From Bdellovibrionota bacterium (GTDB taxonomy: Bacteria > Bdellovibrionota_C > UBA2361 > JAAYZI01), in NCBI GenBank assembly GCA_050950765.1, contig JBMNIF010000001.1, positions 192,001 to 256,000 of the forward strand: a DNA stretch of 64,000 nucleotides. Reading direction: 5' to 3'. The notes under the pieces were generated by a model. That model saw only the letters and a program-made list of their open reading frames with translations, searched no databases and was not told where the DNA came from. The position numbers were made by a program, and so were the translations under genes. Numbering within the stretch: the stretch's first letter is position 1; each line of letters opens with the position of its first letter. Shown piece by piece: positions 11,201 to 21,659 of this stretch.

Positions 11201-12202
11201 ATGACTGAAAATATAGCAGAAAATACAGTAGAAGAGACCGCAGCGGCGGTGACTGAAGTGGTAGAAACAGTCAAGGAACCTTACGTTCCTGTGGCGGTAA
11301 CGATTAAAACCATGTTGGAGGCAGGTGCTCATTTTGGACATAAGGCAGAGCGTTGGCATCCTAAAATGTTACCATTTATCTTCGGTGTTCGTAATAAAGT
11401 TCATATTATTAACCTTGATACCACCCTTGAGTATTGGGAAAAGGCTCGTAAATTCGTAGTCGATGTGACATCTCGTGGTGGACGCATTCTGTTTGTTGGT
11501 ACTAAGCCGCAAGCTCGCGAAGCTATTAAAGAGGCAGCTGAAAGGTGCGGTGCTTATTACGTTAATAACAGATGGTTGGGTGGAACCCTTAGTAATCTTG
11601 CTACGATTAGAAATTCAATCTCTCGCATGAACAAGTTGCAGGATCTGTTACGTCAAGCAGAAAACAAGGAGGGCGGTGTACGTATCGCTAAAAAAGAGCG
11701 TTTAGCTATCGCCAAGCAAGTTGAAAAACTCATCACAAACCTTGGCGGTATTAAAGATATGGTGAAACCGCCGGAAGTAGTTTTTATCGTTGATATCTGC
11801 AAAGAGACGATCGCTGTCGCTGAGTCCCTTAAATTGCATATCCCAGTTATTGCTTTGGTTGATACTAATGTAGATCCTTCAAAGATTAAGTTTCCGATCC
11901 CGAGTAATGATGATGCTACAGGTGCCATACAGCTGTTTGCAAATGCCATTGCAGATGCCGCCATCGAAGGTCATAAAGTTTATGAAGCAAGGATGACGGA
12001 AAATAATTTAACCAAACGTGAGGAACGTGCTGCGTCAGATGACAAAGGTGGCGAGCCTGTGGTTGAGAGGCGTGGTCGTTCTGATAACAATAGAAAAAAT
12101 CGTGGCGGTAGGTTTACGAAAGCAACAAATCGCTCTGAGTCTAAAGAGGATGAAGAGGTTAAAACAGAAAGTGCTGATGAAGCTACCGAAGTTAAAGAAT
12201 AA
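11201..12202 (+). CDS. rpsB: 30S ribosomal protein S2
   Basis: MLEAGAHFGH, LFVGTK, RWLGGTLSN, DTNVDP, IPSNDDA. Confidence 0.98.
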   Translation: MTENIAENTVEETAAAVTEVVETVKEPYVPVAVTIKTMLEAGAHFGHKAERWHPKMLPFIFGVRNKVHIINLDTTLEYWEKARKFVVDVTSRGGRILFVGTKPQAREAIKEAAERCGAYYVNNRWLGGTLSNLATIRNSISRMNKLQDLLRQAENKEGGVRIAKKERLAIAKQVEKLITNLGGIKDMVKPPEVVFIVDICKETIAVAESLKLHIPVIALVDTNVDPSKIKFPIPSNDDATGAIQLFANAIADAAIEGHKVYEARMTENNLTKREERAASDDKGGEPVVERRGRSDNNRKNRGGRFTKATNRSESKEDEEVKTESADEATEVKE

Positions 12203-12248
12203 GGATAAAATTAAGAATATAGTTAAAGTTTAATGCAAGGAGGTTTAG

Positions 12249-12905
12249 ATGGCTGAGATAACAGCAGCTGCCGTTAAGGCTCTTAGGGAGCAAACGGGAG
12301 CGGGGATGATGGATTGTAAAAAGGCTTTGTCGGAGACTCAAGGAGATACTGAGAAAGCTATTGAGTTATTACGCAAATGGGGCTTGAAAGATGTTAGTAA
12401 AAGAGCCGGAAAGATCGCAGCTGAAGGAGTGGTTCTTTCTTACATTCATCCTGGTGATAGAGTCGGTGTGTTACTTGAATTGAATTGTGAAACTGATTTC
12501 GTTGCACGTGGCGAAGAGTTCAGAGAGATTGCGCACGGTATCGCAATGCACATCGCTGCTATGAATCCACCGTATGTTTCCAAAGAGGATGTGCCTGCGC
12601 AAGAGATCGAAAAAGAAAAAGAGATCTTGCTGGCAACATTAAATGATAAACAAAAACAGATGGCAGATAAGATCATTCCTGGTAAGTTAAATAAATTTTA
12701 CGAGGATAATGTTTTACTCGATCAGATTTATATTAAAGACGAGGAAGGTCAACAAACGATTCAAGCGCTTATTGATGATTTAAGTGCTAAGGTCGGGGAA
12801 AAAGTTAGAGTTCGTCGCTTCCAACGTTTTGAAGTTGGCGAAGGGATGGAGAAGAAGTCTGAAAATCTTGCTGAAGAAGTCGCTAAAACGATAGGGGAGG
12901 TTTAG
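12249..12905 (+). CDS. tsf: Translation elongation factor Ts (short form)
   Basis: [38 protein letters not shown]. Confidence 0.98.
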   Translation: MAEITAAAVKALREQTGAGMMDCKKALSETQGDTEKAIELLRKWGLKDVSKRAGKIAAEGVVLSYIHPGDRVGVLLELNCETDFVARGEEFREIAHGIAMHIAAMNPPYVSKEDVPAQEIEKEKEILLATLNDKQKQMADKIIPGKLNKFYEDNVLLDQIYIKDEEGQQTIQALIDDLSAKVGEKVRVRRFQRFEVGEGMEKKSENLAEEVAKTIGEV

Positions 12906-12909
12906 TCCT

Positions 12910-13653
12910 ATGTTTCAAACGCCGAGATACCGAAGGATATTGCTTAAGCTCAGTGGCGAAATATTAGCTGGCAAAAATGGTTTCGGTATCTGTGCTGAAA
13001 CTATCTCGAAGTTGGTTGATGATATTCACGAAGTTTATGAGATGGGGGTCCAGCTTTCTATTGTTATTGGTGGCGGTAATATTTTCAGAGGTGTTAGTTT
13101 AGGTTCTCAAGGTTTAGATCGCGCCACAGGCGACTATATGGGAATGTTGGCAACGGTTATGAACGCCCTGGCGTTGCAGGATGTCTTGGAGCAGCGCGGT
13201 GTCGATACACGAGTCCTCTCTGCGATCGAGATGCGTGAGATCGCAGAACCGTATATCAGACGTAGAGCGCAGCGGCATCTTGACAAGGGGCGTGTAGTGA
13301 TTTTTGCATCAGGTACCGGCAATCCGTATTTTACAACAGATACTGCTGCCAGCTTACGCTCAATGGAAATTGATGCTGAAGTGCTTTTAAAGGGTACAAA
13401 AGTTGATGCAATCTATGATAAAGATCCCAAGAAGTATGCAGATGCTGTACCTTATGCGAAATTGTCTTATATGGAGACTTTGCAAAAACGTTTAAAAGTT
13501 ATGGATGCGGCGGCTATTTCATTATGTATGGATAATAAATTGCCGGTTATCGTATTCAATATCGGAGTTCCCGGTAATCTCAAGAGAGTTGTCGTTGGGG
13601 AGCAGGTCGGTACTTTAGTAACTAATGAATCTGAAGGAGAGGCTGGAAAATGA
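12910..13653 (+). CDS. pyrH: UMP kinase
   Basis: [28 protein letters not shown]. Confidence 0.98.
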   Translation: MFQTPRYRRILLKLSGEILAGKNGFGICAETISKLVDDIHEVYEMGVQLSIVIGGGNIFRGVSLGSQGLDRATGDYMGMLATVMNALALQDVLEQRGVDTRVLSAIEMREIAEPYIRRRAQRHLDKGRVVIFASGTGNPYFTTDTAASLRSMEIDAEVLLKGTKVDAIYDKDPKKYADAVPYAKLSYMETLQKRLKVMDAAAISLCMDNKLPVIVFNIGVPGNLKRVVVGEQVGTLVTNESEGEAGK

Positions 13654-14207
13654 CAGTTGTAGATGATGCAGAATTAAGGGCCCAATTTGATGAAGCGATT
13701 GTTCATTTTAAAAAAGAATTGGCAAAGATGCGGACTAGTCGCGCGAACCAGTCTTTAATTGAGGATGTGCAAGTTAACTGTTACGGTACAATGGTTCCGT
13801 TAAAACAGTTGGGGATGATTAGCGCTCCAGAAGCTCGTTTGCTTACTGTACAAGCTTATGATCGTAATACTGTGGATTCGATCATAAAGGCGATACATTT
13901 GGCAGACCTCGGATTAAATCCCGCCAATGAAGGAACCTTAATTCGAATTACTGTTCCTGCATTGACAGAAGATAGACGTAAAGAGCTTGTAAAAACAATT
14001 AATAAATATGCCGAAGATGCGCGTATTTCAGTACGCAGTCAACGCCAAAAAGCGAACGATGTCTTGAAAAAACAACAGAAAAATAAAGAGATTTCAGAAG
14101 ATGATCTGAAGAGAGGGCAAGACGAGATTCAAAAAATAACCGACGAATATATCGCTGAAGTTGACAAGCTATTTGCTATAAAAGAGAAAGAGATGATGGA
14201 AGTTTGA
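13650..14207 (+). CDS. frr: Ribosome recycling factor
   Basis: [30 protein letters not shown]. Confidence 0.97.
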   Translation: MTVVDDAELRAQFDEAIVHFKKELAKMRTSRANQSLIEDVQVNCYGTMVPLKQLGMISAPEARLLTVQAYDRNTVDSIIKAIHLADLGLNPANEGTLIRITVPALTEDRRKELVKTINKYAEDARISVRSQRQKANDVLKKQQKNKEISEDDLKRGQDEIQKITDEYIAEVDKLFAIKEKEMMEV

Positions 14208-14233
14208 CCTTTTGTGGTGAGAGTCTTAATTCC

Positions 14234-14968
14234 ATGATTACGAAAGATAGTAAAATTCCGCAGCATGTTGCTATTATTATGGATGGAAATGGGCGCTGGG
14301 CAAAGAAGAGATTCTTACCACGTTCTGAGGGGCATCGTGCGGGTGGGAAAACACTTCAAACTATTATAGAGGTTGCAGCGAAGTCGGGGGTGCGTTATCT
14401 GACGGTCTTTGCTTTTTCAACAGAAAATTGGAAACGTCCTAAAGAAGAAGTTGATGCTTTAATGGACCTTCTAAAAAATTATCTGACTAATAATACAGAA
14501 GACCTAATAAAAAATAATATTAGAGTTAGAGTGATCGGTGATATTAGTCGCTTGTCTGTGGAAATTCAGGAGGCAATTTTAAAGGTAGAATCTGATAGTA
14601 AAGATTGCAGCGGTATGGATTTTATAGTTGCGCTTTCTTATGGAGGTCGCTCTGAAATAGTTGCAGCTGTGCAAAAGATAGCACAGGAGGTCGTAGCGGG
14701 GAGATTGGATCCTCAAGATATTTCAGAAGAAACCGTCACTGCAAATATGTATCTTCCAGAAGTTCCCGATCCTGATCTTTTAATTCGTACTAGCGGAGAG
14801 TGCCGCATCTCAAACTTTCTTTTGTGGCAGTTGGCGTACTCTGAAATCGTAGTGGCAGATCTTTGTTGGCCGGACTTTAAGGAAAAAGATTTCTTAGATT
14901 GTCTTGCACAATATGAGAAACGTAACCGACGTTACGGTCTAACTCAGGAGCAGATTAAAGAATCATAA
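14234..14968 (+). CDS. uppS: Undecaprenyl diphosphate synthase (ORF track start 14204; ATG 14234 more likely)
   Basis: PQHVAIIMDGNGRWA, FSTENWKRP, PDLLIRTSGE.RISNFLLWQ. Confidence 0.97.
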   Translation: MITKDSKIPQHVAIIMDGNGRWAKKRFLPRSEGHRAGGKTLQTIIEVAAKSGVRYLTVFAFSTENWKRPKEEVDALMDLLKNYLTNNTEDLIKNNIRVRVIGDISRLSVEIQEAILKVESDSKDCSGMDFIVALSYGGRSEIVAAVQKIAQEVVAGRLDPQDISEETVTANMYLPEVPDPDLLIRTSGECRISNFLLWQLAYSEIVVADLCWPDFKEKDFLDCLAQYEKRNRRYGLTQEQIKES

Positions 14969-14978
14969 AGGATCGGAT

Positions 14979-15911
14979 ATGAATGCAGACTTAAAAAAAC
15001 GGGTTATAACTGCCGGTATTTTAATCCTTGTTTTTATTCTCTGTACCGTCTTATCTGTAAAAGGTTTTTGGTCATCTGCTTTAATGTGGCTTACAGCTGT
15101 AGCTGTTGCCTTAGCCGCATGGGAGTTCGCCACAATCTGCAATAAGAAGAGGCCTTTTTGGTGGGTAATTAATTATTTTATAGTGTTGATATTACCAACT
15201 GCCTTAATACTCCTAGGATCAGATCCAGCAGATAGTGACTGGTGGTTTTCTAAGAGTTCTCTTCCTTATTGGTTAGGTTCTCTCTTTTCGATCTTTTATG
15301 CTTTGGCATTACTTATAATTTGCGGATACCGCTCTCTGGAAGAGGCTGAAAATCTGGCAAAAGATATCTTTATCGGAATAATTTTAGTGGGACTCGGCGG
15401 ATCTGCCGTAGTCTTTATAGCAGGGCTTGCAGCAACGGGAATAGGTATGCTTGCTCCTATTTTTTTAATTTTAGTAGTGTGTGCTAATGATATCGCTGCA
15501 TATTTTTGTGGGAAAAAATTCGGTGGTCCCGCTATGGCGCCGATCATATCTCCAAACAAAACTATTAGTGGCAGTATTGGAGGATTTGTCGGTGGCGGTC
15601 TGGTTGGTTGCCTTGTCTTGAGTTGTATTTTTTTCTTCCTTGTACCGAAAAGAGTAGAGTTTGAAAACACAGAATTATCTTCATTAGATGGGGTACCTTT
15701 TTGTTTAATAGCTTTTGCTTTGAGCCTGATCTTTGTTGCCGCTGCGCAGATGGGAGACCTCTTAAAGTCTTACGTAAAAAGAATTCATAACGTAAAAGAT
15801 TCTGGGAAAATTCTACCTGGTCATGGCGGCGTCTTGGATAGAATAGATGGGATCTTACTGGCGGCGTTCCTCCTTGCACCGTTAATTATCTTACTAAACA
15901 GCTATTTATAG
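14979..15911 (+). CDS. cdsA: Phosphatidate cytidylyltransferase
   Basis: NDIAAYFCG, ISPNKT, GDLLKS..KR...VKDSGKILPGHGGVLDRIDG; canonical position after uppS. Confidence 0.93.
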   Translation: MNADLKKRVITAGILILVFILCTVLSVKGFWSSALMWLTAVAVALAAWEFATICNKKRPFWWVINYFIVLILPTALILLGSDPADSDWWFSKSSLPYWLGSLFSIFYALALLIICGYRSLEEAENLAKDIFIGIILVGLGGSAVVFIAGLAATGIGMLAPIFLILVVCANDIAAYFCGKKFGGPAMAPIISPNKTISGSIGGFVGGGLVGCLVLSCIFFFLVPKRVEFENTELSSLDGVPFCLIAFALSLIFVAAAQMGDLLKSYVKRIHNVKDSGKILPGHGGVLDRIDGILLAAFLLAPLIILLNSYL

Positions 15912-15984
15912 TGTCAGATATTTTGTGTGGATATTTTTTTATTTTATTACCAAACTGAATTAAAGAATTTTAAAAGGACCTGAG

Positions 15985-16860
15985 ATGAATGCAAAATTTA
16001 AAAAATGGTGTCTAACTTCGGGATTCCTTTTACTTATTTTTGTGCTTTTTATTGTTGTTTCGTACATATTAGGTGTGGGTTTGTGGGAGTGTTCAGTACC
16101 TGCAAGGATTATTCTAGGTACATTAGTTACTATCTCGGCGTGGGAGTTTTCTGCAATATGTAATAAAGGAAGGTCTCTCTTCTGGAAAATAAGTTGTTTT
16201 ATTGTGCTGATCTTACCAATTGTTTGGATACTATTAGATCTCCCTTCTGAAGAAATTAAAATAGAAGACTTGGAGCTCCCTTATGAAAGTTATATTTATG
16301 CAGGTATTTATGCTTTAGTATTACTAATAGTTCGTGGACATTCTTCTTTGAAAGATACTGGAAGGTTGGCAAAAGATATCTTTATCGGGATGATTTTGCT
16401 AGGGCTAGGGGGTGGGGTCACTATAGCTTGTACTCTAACAGAAGATTTTTTAATTTTACTGTTCTATTCAATTCTGGTGGTGTGTGCAAGTAATTTTGTG
16501 GGGGGATTATTTGATAAATTTTTTAGTAGCAATCCATCTTCTAAGCTTTCACTTGCTTCATTTTTTGGGGGGCTGGTAGGTGGAGTTTTGGTTGGTGCTC
16601 CGCTTGCGATTTTAGGATATCTTGGAGGTGGCGCAGATTCTTTTACGTGGAAAATTTGGTCTAGCGTTATTATTGCGATTTCTGTTGTTTTAGCCTCGCT
16701 ATTGGGAAAGTTTTTATTGAACTATGTAAAAAAAGTTCATGGTGTAAAAGATTCGGGAAAGATCTTATTTGGGCAAGGTGGTGTATTAGATCAAGTGGTT
16801 GGGGTCTTAATGGCACCGTTATCCACTGTTCTTGCATTTTTATTTATACAATTATTTTAA
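15985..16860 (+). CDS. Divergent CdsA paralogue with degenerate catalytic motifs
   Basis: Colinear with upstream cdsA (AWEF, LAKDIFIG, VKDSGKIL) but SPxK is absent and the signature reads FGQGGVLDQVVG. Confidence 0.8.
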   Translation: MNAKFKKWCLTSGFLLLIFVLFIVVSYILGVGLWECSVPARIILGTLVTISAWEFSAICNKGRSLFWKISCFIVLILPIVWILLDLPSEEIKIEDLELPYESYIYAGIYALVLLIVRGHSSLKDTGRLAKDIFIGMILLGLGGGVTIACTLTEDFLILLFYSILVVCASNFVGGLFDKFFSSNPSSKLSLASFFGGLVGGVLVGAPLAILGYLGGGADSFTWKIWSSVIIAISVVLASLLGKFLLNYVKKVHGVKDSGKILFGQGGVLDQVVGVLMAPLSTVLAFLFIQLF

Positions 16861-18054
16861 ATGAGTAGATATGGGATGGTTTGTTGTGATCCGGAAAAAC
16901 AGCAACAAGGAAAAACGCGGTTGTGTATCTTAGGGTCTACCGGCTCTATCGGGCAAAGCGCTTTGCAAATTGTGCGTGATAATCGTGATCGCTTTGAAGT
17001 GGTAGCGCTAGCAGCTGGCTCTAATGTAGAGGAGCTTAAGAAACAGATTCTAGAGTTTCATCCGAAAGTAGCGGCGTTACACGATGAAAAAGCTTTTTTA
17101 AAACTTGAAAAGGTTTTGCCAACCTCTGCTTGTAATGAACTCTCTTGTGGAGCAAAAAGTATTGCAGAGATAACAACACGACAAGATGTTGATGTAGTAT
17201 TGGCTGCCATAGTAGGTTTTGCTGGGCTACGCTCCGTTGTTGCAGCGTTAAGTGCTGATAAGATAGTGGCGTTGGCAAATAAGGAAAGCCTTGTGTGTGG
17301 TGGGGCGATAATAAAAAAATTATTGGCAGAAGGGCACGGAAAAATTATCCCTGTCGATAGCGAACACTCTGCTATCTTTCAAGCTCTGCAAGGACAAAGC
17401 CCTGATGGTTTGAAGAGCTTGATTTTAACGGCTTCAGGGGGTCCTTTTTTTAAAACTCCCATAGAGGAGTTTTCGACTATTACAGTAGAACAAGCTTTGA
17501 AACATCCACGTTGGAAGATGGGACCAAAGGTTACAATAGACTCAGCTACTATGATGAATAAGGCTTTAGAGGTCATAGAGGCGTATTGGTTGTTTGGAGT
17601 TTCTGAAGAACAAATTTCTGTGCTTGTACATCCGCAAAGTATCGTGCATTCTTTAGTTGAATTTGTTGATGGTAGTCAGCTGGCACAATTATCACACCCT
17701 GATATGAAGGGACCGATCGCTTATGCTTTACGTTATCCGGAAAGAATGCCGCAAGTGATGTTGCCACTAGATCTAGCAAAAATAGGGAAATTGGATTTCT
17801 TTCCGTTAGATGATAAAAAATTCCCAGCTGTTAAGCTTGCGAAGGAAGCTATTAAAAAAGGAGGCGCAGCAACAGCAGTTTTTAATATCGCTAATGAAGT
17901 TGCTGTAAAATCATTTTTAAATGAAAAGGTCGGATTTGATAAAATTGTTCCTTTCGTCGAAGATGCCTTGAATAATTTTGGAGATAAAACATATTCATCT
18001 TTGGAAGAGTTGGAGATGATTGATCGCGAGGTGCGAAAAATATTGTTAGGATAG
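16861..18054 (+). CDS. dxr: 1-deoxy-D-xylulose 5-phosphate reductoisomerase
   Basis: ILGSTGSIG, LANKESLV, PVDSEHSAIFQ, TASGGPF, HPRWKMGPKVTIDSATMMNK. Confidence 0.98.
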   Translation: MSRYGMVCCDPEKQQQGKTRLCILGSTGSIGQSALQIVRDNRDRFEVVALAAGSNVEELKKQILEFHPKVAALHDEKAFLKLEKVLPTSACNELSCGAKSIAEITTRQDVDVVLAAIVGFAGLRSVVAALSADKIVALANKESLVCGGAIIKKLLAEGHGKIIPVDSEHSAIFQALQGQSPDGLKSLILTASGGPFFKTPIEEFSTITVEQALKHPRWKMGPKVTIDSATMMNKALEVIEAYWLFGVSEEQISVLVHPQSIVHSLVEFVDGSQLAQLSHPDMKGPIAYALRYPERMPQVMLPLDLAKIGKLDFFPLDDKKFPAVKLAKEAIKKGGAATAVFNIANEVAVKSFLNEKVGFDKIVPFVEDALNNFGDKTYSSLEELEMIDREVRKILLG

Positions 18055-18063
18055 ACGGAGTTT

Positions 18064-19299
18064 ATGGTTATGGATTGGTTAATTAGTGTTTTAACAACTA
18101 CCTGCATCGGTCTTATCGTGCTGGGAGTGTTAGTTATAGTGCATGAGGGTGGGCACTTCCTAGTTGCGAAATTGTGTGGCGTGGGGGTGCTTGAATTCTC
18201 CATCGGTTTTGGGAAAAAGATCTGGCAAAAGCGCATTAACGGCACCCGTTATGCTGTGGGGATAATGCCCCTCGGCGGTTACGTTAGGATGGTCGGAGAT
18301 GATCCCTATCAGGTTTACGGCGAAGAGAAACAAGATCAAGACAAAGATAAAAATCCTGACAATATTCTTCAGCCTATTGATGATACCGAAGATGAAGATG
18401 TAAAAAAGATGTTAGCTGATAAAAGCCGCTGGTTTTTGGAACGTGGATTTTTTTCAAAGTTTGCTATTGTCTTAGCGGGTCCAGCTTTTAATATTATCTT
18501 TGCGGTACTACTCTCCATCGTTGCTTTATGTATTTACGGCGTTCACAGACCTGTACACGATCCGATAATCGGTAGCATCTTTGAAAAAATGGATTTTCCA
18601 GCAGAAAAAGCGGGACTTAAAGCCGGAGATAAAGTTCTTTCAATAAACGGTAAGGCTATGGCGACATGGGGTGATATCGTCACTACCGTGCGTAACTCTG
18701 ATGGTTCTGAGATGACGTTCGTTATTGAAAGAAAGGTTGATGATGCTTTGCAAGAGTTGAGTATCGTCGTGACACCTATTCCGGAAAGCCCAGAAATGGC
18801 GATTATGAGTGATAATGACAAAGGATCTAAAACTAAACAGGAATACATTATTGGAATCGGTGCTCCACTTGGAGAATCTGAGTCGATTACATTTGCAAAA
18901 GCTGTGGTTCTTGGATCGCGCTATGTTTTTGATCTGTCGATTTATACCTTAAAAAGTTTAAAACTATTGGTCACGGGAGAGGTCTCGGCAAAACATTTAG
19001 GGGGACCTATTGCGATAGTTCAAGCGGCAGGAAGTTCCGCTGAAAAAGGAGGAGCGCCTCTTTTTAAATTCGTGGTATTTTTAAGTGTCAGTTTAGCGAT
19101 CTTAAATCTTTTACCGATTCCAATTTTGGATGGTGGGCATCTGATGTTCTTCATCGTCGGTGCTATCAAGGGGCTTTTTACCGGAAAATCTTCTCTTGAT
19201 ATAAAAACTCAAGAGTTTGCCAATAGGCTTGGGTTGGCATTTCTGATGGCGTTGATGCTTTTTGCTATTGGAAATGATATTTTTAGGTTGTTTAATTAA
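18064..19299 (+). CDS. rseP: RIP metalloprotease RseP with PDZ domain
   Basis: HEGGH, PLGGYVRM, AGPAFN, NLLPIPILDGG. Confidence 0.96.
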   Translation: MVMDWLISVLTTTCIGLIVLGVLVIVHEGGHFLVAKLCGVGVLEFSIGFGKKIWQKRINGTRYAVGIMPLGGYVRMVGDDPYQVYGEEKQDQDKDKNPDNILQPIDDTEDEDVKKMLADKSRWFLERGFFSKFAIVLAGPAFNIIFAVLLSIVALCIYGVHRPVHDPIIGSIFEKMDFPAEKAGLKAGDKVLSINGKAMATWGDIVTTVRNSDGSEMTFVIERKVDDALQELSIVVTPIPESPEMAIMSDNDKGSKTKQEYIIGIGAPLGESESITFAKAVVLGSRYVFDLSIYTLKSLKLLVTGEVSAKHLGGPIAIVQAAGSSAEKGGAPLFKFVVFLSVSLAILNLLPIPILDGGHLMFFIVGAIKGLFTGKSSLDIKTQEFANRLGLAFLMALMLFAIGNDIFRLFN

Positions 19300-19337
19300 A
19301 GTTTTTTCGCAGAAACTCTCTTTGTTAATAAGATTAA

Positions 19338-20024
19338 ATGCAAAGTATTTTAGCAATTGATACTAGTACTGAAATTACATTTGTAGCCGTTGCTTCGAGA
19401 GATGGTAGATCTGCTGCTAGATCTTCTGAAGTAGGACAGCACGATGATAAGTTAGCAGAGATGGTGCAAGCGGTTTTGCAAGATGCAAAAATTAATGCAG
19501 AAGAGTTAGATCTGATAGGTGTTGGAGCAGGTCCTGGTTCTTTTACAGGGCTTAGGATTGGGCTTAGTTTTGCTTCAGGTTTTGCACAAGGACTGGAAAA
19601 GCCGTTGTATACTATGGTGTCTTTAAAAGCTTATGCTGAAGAGTTTAAAGCACAAGCTAAAGTTGTTATTACCCTTTGTGATGCAAGGCGGCAGGAGATG
19701 TTCTTTGCTTCTTATAGGAGCGTTGATTTAGAGGAGTTGTCTACACCACAGATAGTTAACGCAGAAGAGTTGCAACACTACTTACTTTCTTTAGAAAAAA
19801 CGGGTGTTTCTAAAGAAGATATTTTAATTGTATCCATGGGGGAGGTTAGTCTTCCGCAAGGGTATCGAACAGAAAAACCTAAAAAAATAGCTGCTGCTAT
19901 AATAAGTCTTATTCAAAATGGAGAGCCTCCCTTTAATCGGGATGGTGCGGCTGCTCTGCTCTATATTAGAAAAGTTGCAGCAAAAACAATTGCAGAAAGA
20001 CTTCTTAAAGTAGAAAATAGTTAA
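19338..20024 (+). CDS. tsaB: tRNA t6A biosynthesis protein TsaB
   Basis: ILAIDTST, GPGSFTGLRIG, DARRQEMF. Confidence 0.93.
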   Translation: MQSILAIDTSTEITFVAVASRDGRSAARSSEVGQHDDKLAEMVQAVLQDAKINAEELDLIGVGAGPGSFTGLRIGLSFASGFAQGLEKPLYTMVSLKAYAEEFKAQAKVVITLCDARRQEMFFASYRSVDLEELSTPQIVNAEELQHYLLSLEKTGVSKEDILIVSMGEVSLPQGYRTEKPKKIAAAIISLIQNGEPPFNRDGAAALLYIRKVAAKTIAERLLKVENS

Positions 20025-20100
20025 AGTATTTACTGTTGTTAGAAGAGCTCTAAAAGCTCTTTATTGTGCAAGAGAAATTAAAATAAGCGAAGTCAATGTA

Positions 20101-20129
20101 TTGACGAAGAGGAAAAACGTGGGTAAAAT
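20101..20129 (+). promoter_or_regulatory. Sigma70-type promoter for rho
   Basis: TTGACG (20101-06), 17 bp, TAAAAT (20124-29). Confidence 0.65.
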
Positions 20130-20382
20130 TATTAATTGTAGGTGGTTATCACCACTTTTCTAAGATTCCTCTTTATATAGTAAATATATATTAACTAAAT
20201 ATTTATTAAATATTTTATCCTTGATTCTTTGAGCGACTCTTTTTGTTAAAGAATAACATTTTTGATGCCGTTCAATTTTAATAAAAAAAGCGATGGGAGC
20301 TTGATAAACTTTGTAAATTTATTGTGTTTCCTTTCCGAAAGGAAAACAGTGGTCGCGCTTATCTAAAACATCTCTAAGAGAA

Positions 20383-21642
20383 ATGGTTATGAACTTAAAT
20401 GAATTAAAAGCTAAAACTTCTGAAGAATTAGTGATGCTCGCTTCTGATTTTAAAATTGAGGGAGCTAATACAATGCGGAGACAGGATCTGATCTTTAGCA
20501 TCTTAACAGCCCAGTCTGATTCCAATGGCGGGATTTACGCGCAGGGCGTTCTGGAGTGTTTGCCTGACGGCTTCGGCTTCTTAAGAGCTCCTGAATATAA
20601 TTATTTGCCTGGATCCGATGATATTTATGTTTCTCCGGCGCAGATTAGACGCTTCGGATTGAAAACAGGTGATAGCATTGAAGGTCAAATTCGTCCTCCA
20701 CGACAGAAAGAAGGGGAGCGTTATTTTGCTTTATTAAAGGTGCAAACCGTTAATCAGGATCCCGTTGAAGTCTTAAGACATAAAGTACACTTTGATAATT
20801 TAACACCGATTTATCCGCAGGAAAAATTAAACCTTGAGAGGAAAAATGGGGAACTTTCAACACGTATCGTCGATCTCTTCGCTCCGATAGGAAAGGGGCA
20901 ACGCGCTTTAATCGTGGCACAACCTAAAACAGGTAAGACTATTCTTTTACAACAGTTGGCTAATGCCATTACGGAGAATAATCCTGAAGTTATGTTGATA
21001 GTGCTTTTGATTGATGAAAGACCTGAAGAGGTAACGGATATGCAGAGATCTGTTAAAGGTGAAGTTATTAGTTCAACCTTTGATGAACCAGCACAGCGGC
21101 ACGTGCAGGTAGCTGAAATGGTCATTGAAAAAGCAAAACGTTTTGTTGAACACGGACGTGATGTAGTGATTCTGTTAGATTCAATCACGCGTCTTGCTAG
21201 AGCGTATAATACGGTTGTGCCGCCGAGTGGTAAGATCCTTTCCGGTGGTGTTGATTCAAATGCTTTGCATAAACCGAAACGATTTTTTGGAGCTGCCAGA
21301 AATATTGAAAACGGTGGGAGCTTAACAATTATCGGCACAGCGCTGATTGATACCGGTTCAAGGATGGATGAAGTTATCTTTGAAGAGTTTAAAGGAACCG
21401 GTAATATGGAGTTGGCGCTTGATCGTAAATTGACAGAGCGTCGTATCTTCCCCTCTATTGATCTGAATCATTCTTCAACGAGGAGAGAGGAGCTTTTGAT
21501 TGATAATGATACGTTGCAAAAGATCTGGCTACTCAGAAAGGTTTTGCAGCCACTTACTCCTGTTGATGCGATGGAGTGGTTGTTGAGTAAAATGGAAGGT
21601 ACTAAAACCAATAAAGAGTTCTTTGATATGATGAAAGGTTAA
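20383..21642 (+). CDS. rho: Transcription termination factor Rho
   Basis: [43 protein letters not shown]. Confidence 0.99.
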   Translation: MVMNLNELKAKTSEELVMLASDFKIEGANTMRRQDLIFSILTAQSDSNGGIYAQGVLECLPDGFGFLRAPEYNYLPGSDDIYVSPAQIRRFGLKTGDSIEGQIRPPRQKEGERYFALLKVQTVNQDPVEVLRHKVHFDNLTPIYPQEKLNLERKNGELSTRIVDLFAPIGKGQRALIVAQPKTGKTILLQQLANAITENNPEVMLIVLLIDERPEEVTDMQRSVKGEVISSTFDEPAQRHVQVAEMVIEKAKRFVEHGRDVVILLDSITRLARAYNTVVPPSGKILSGGVDSNALHKPKRFFGAARNIENGGSLTIIGTALIDTGSRMDEVIFEEFKGTGNMELALDRKLTERRIFPSIDLNHSSTRREELLIDNDTLQKIWLLRKVLQPLTPVDAMEWLLSKMEGTKTNKEFFDMMKG

Positions 21643-21659
21643 AACTTGAGATCTTAGTT

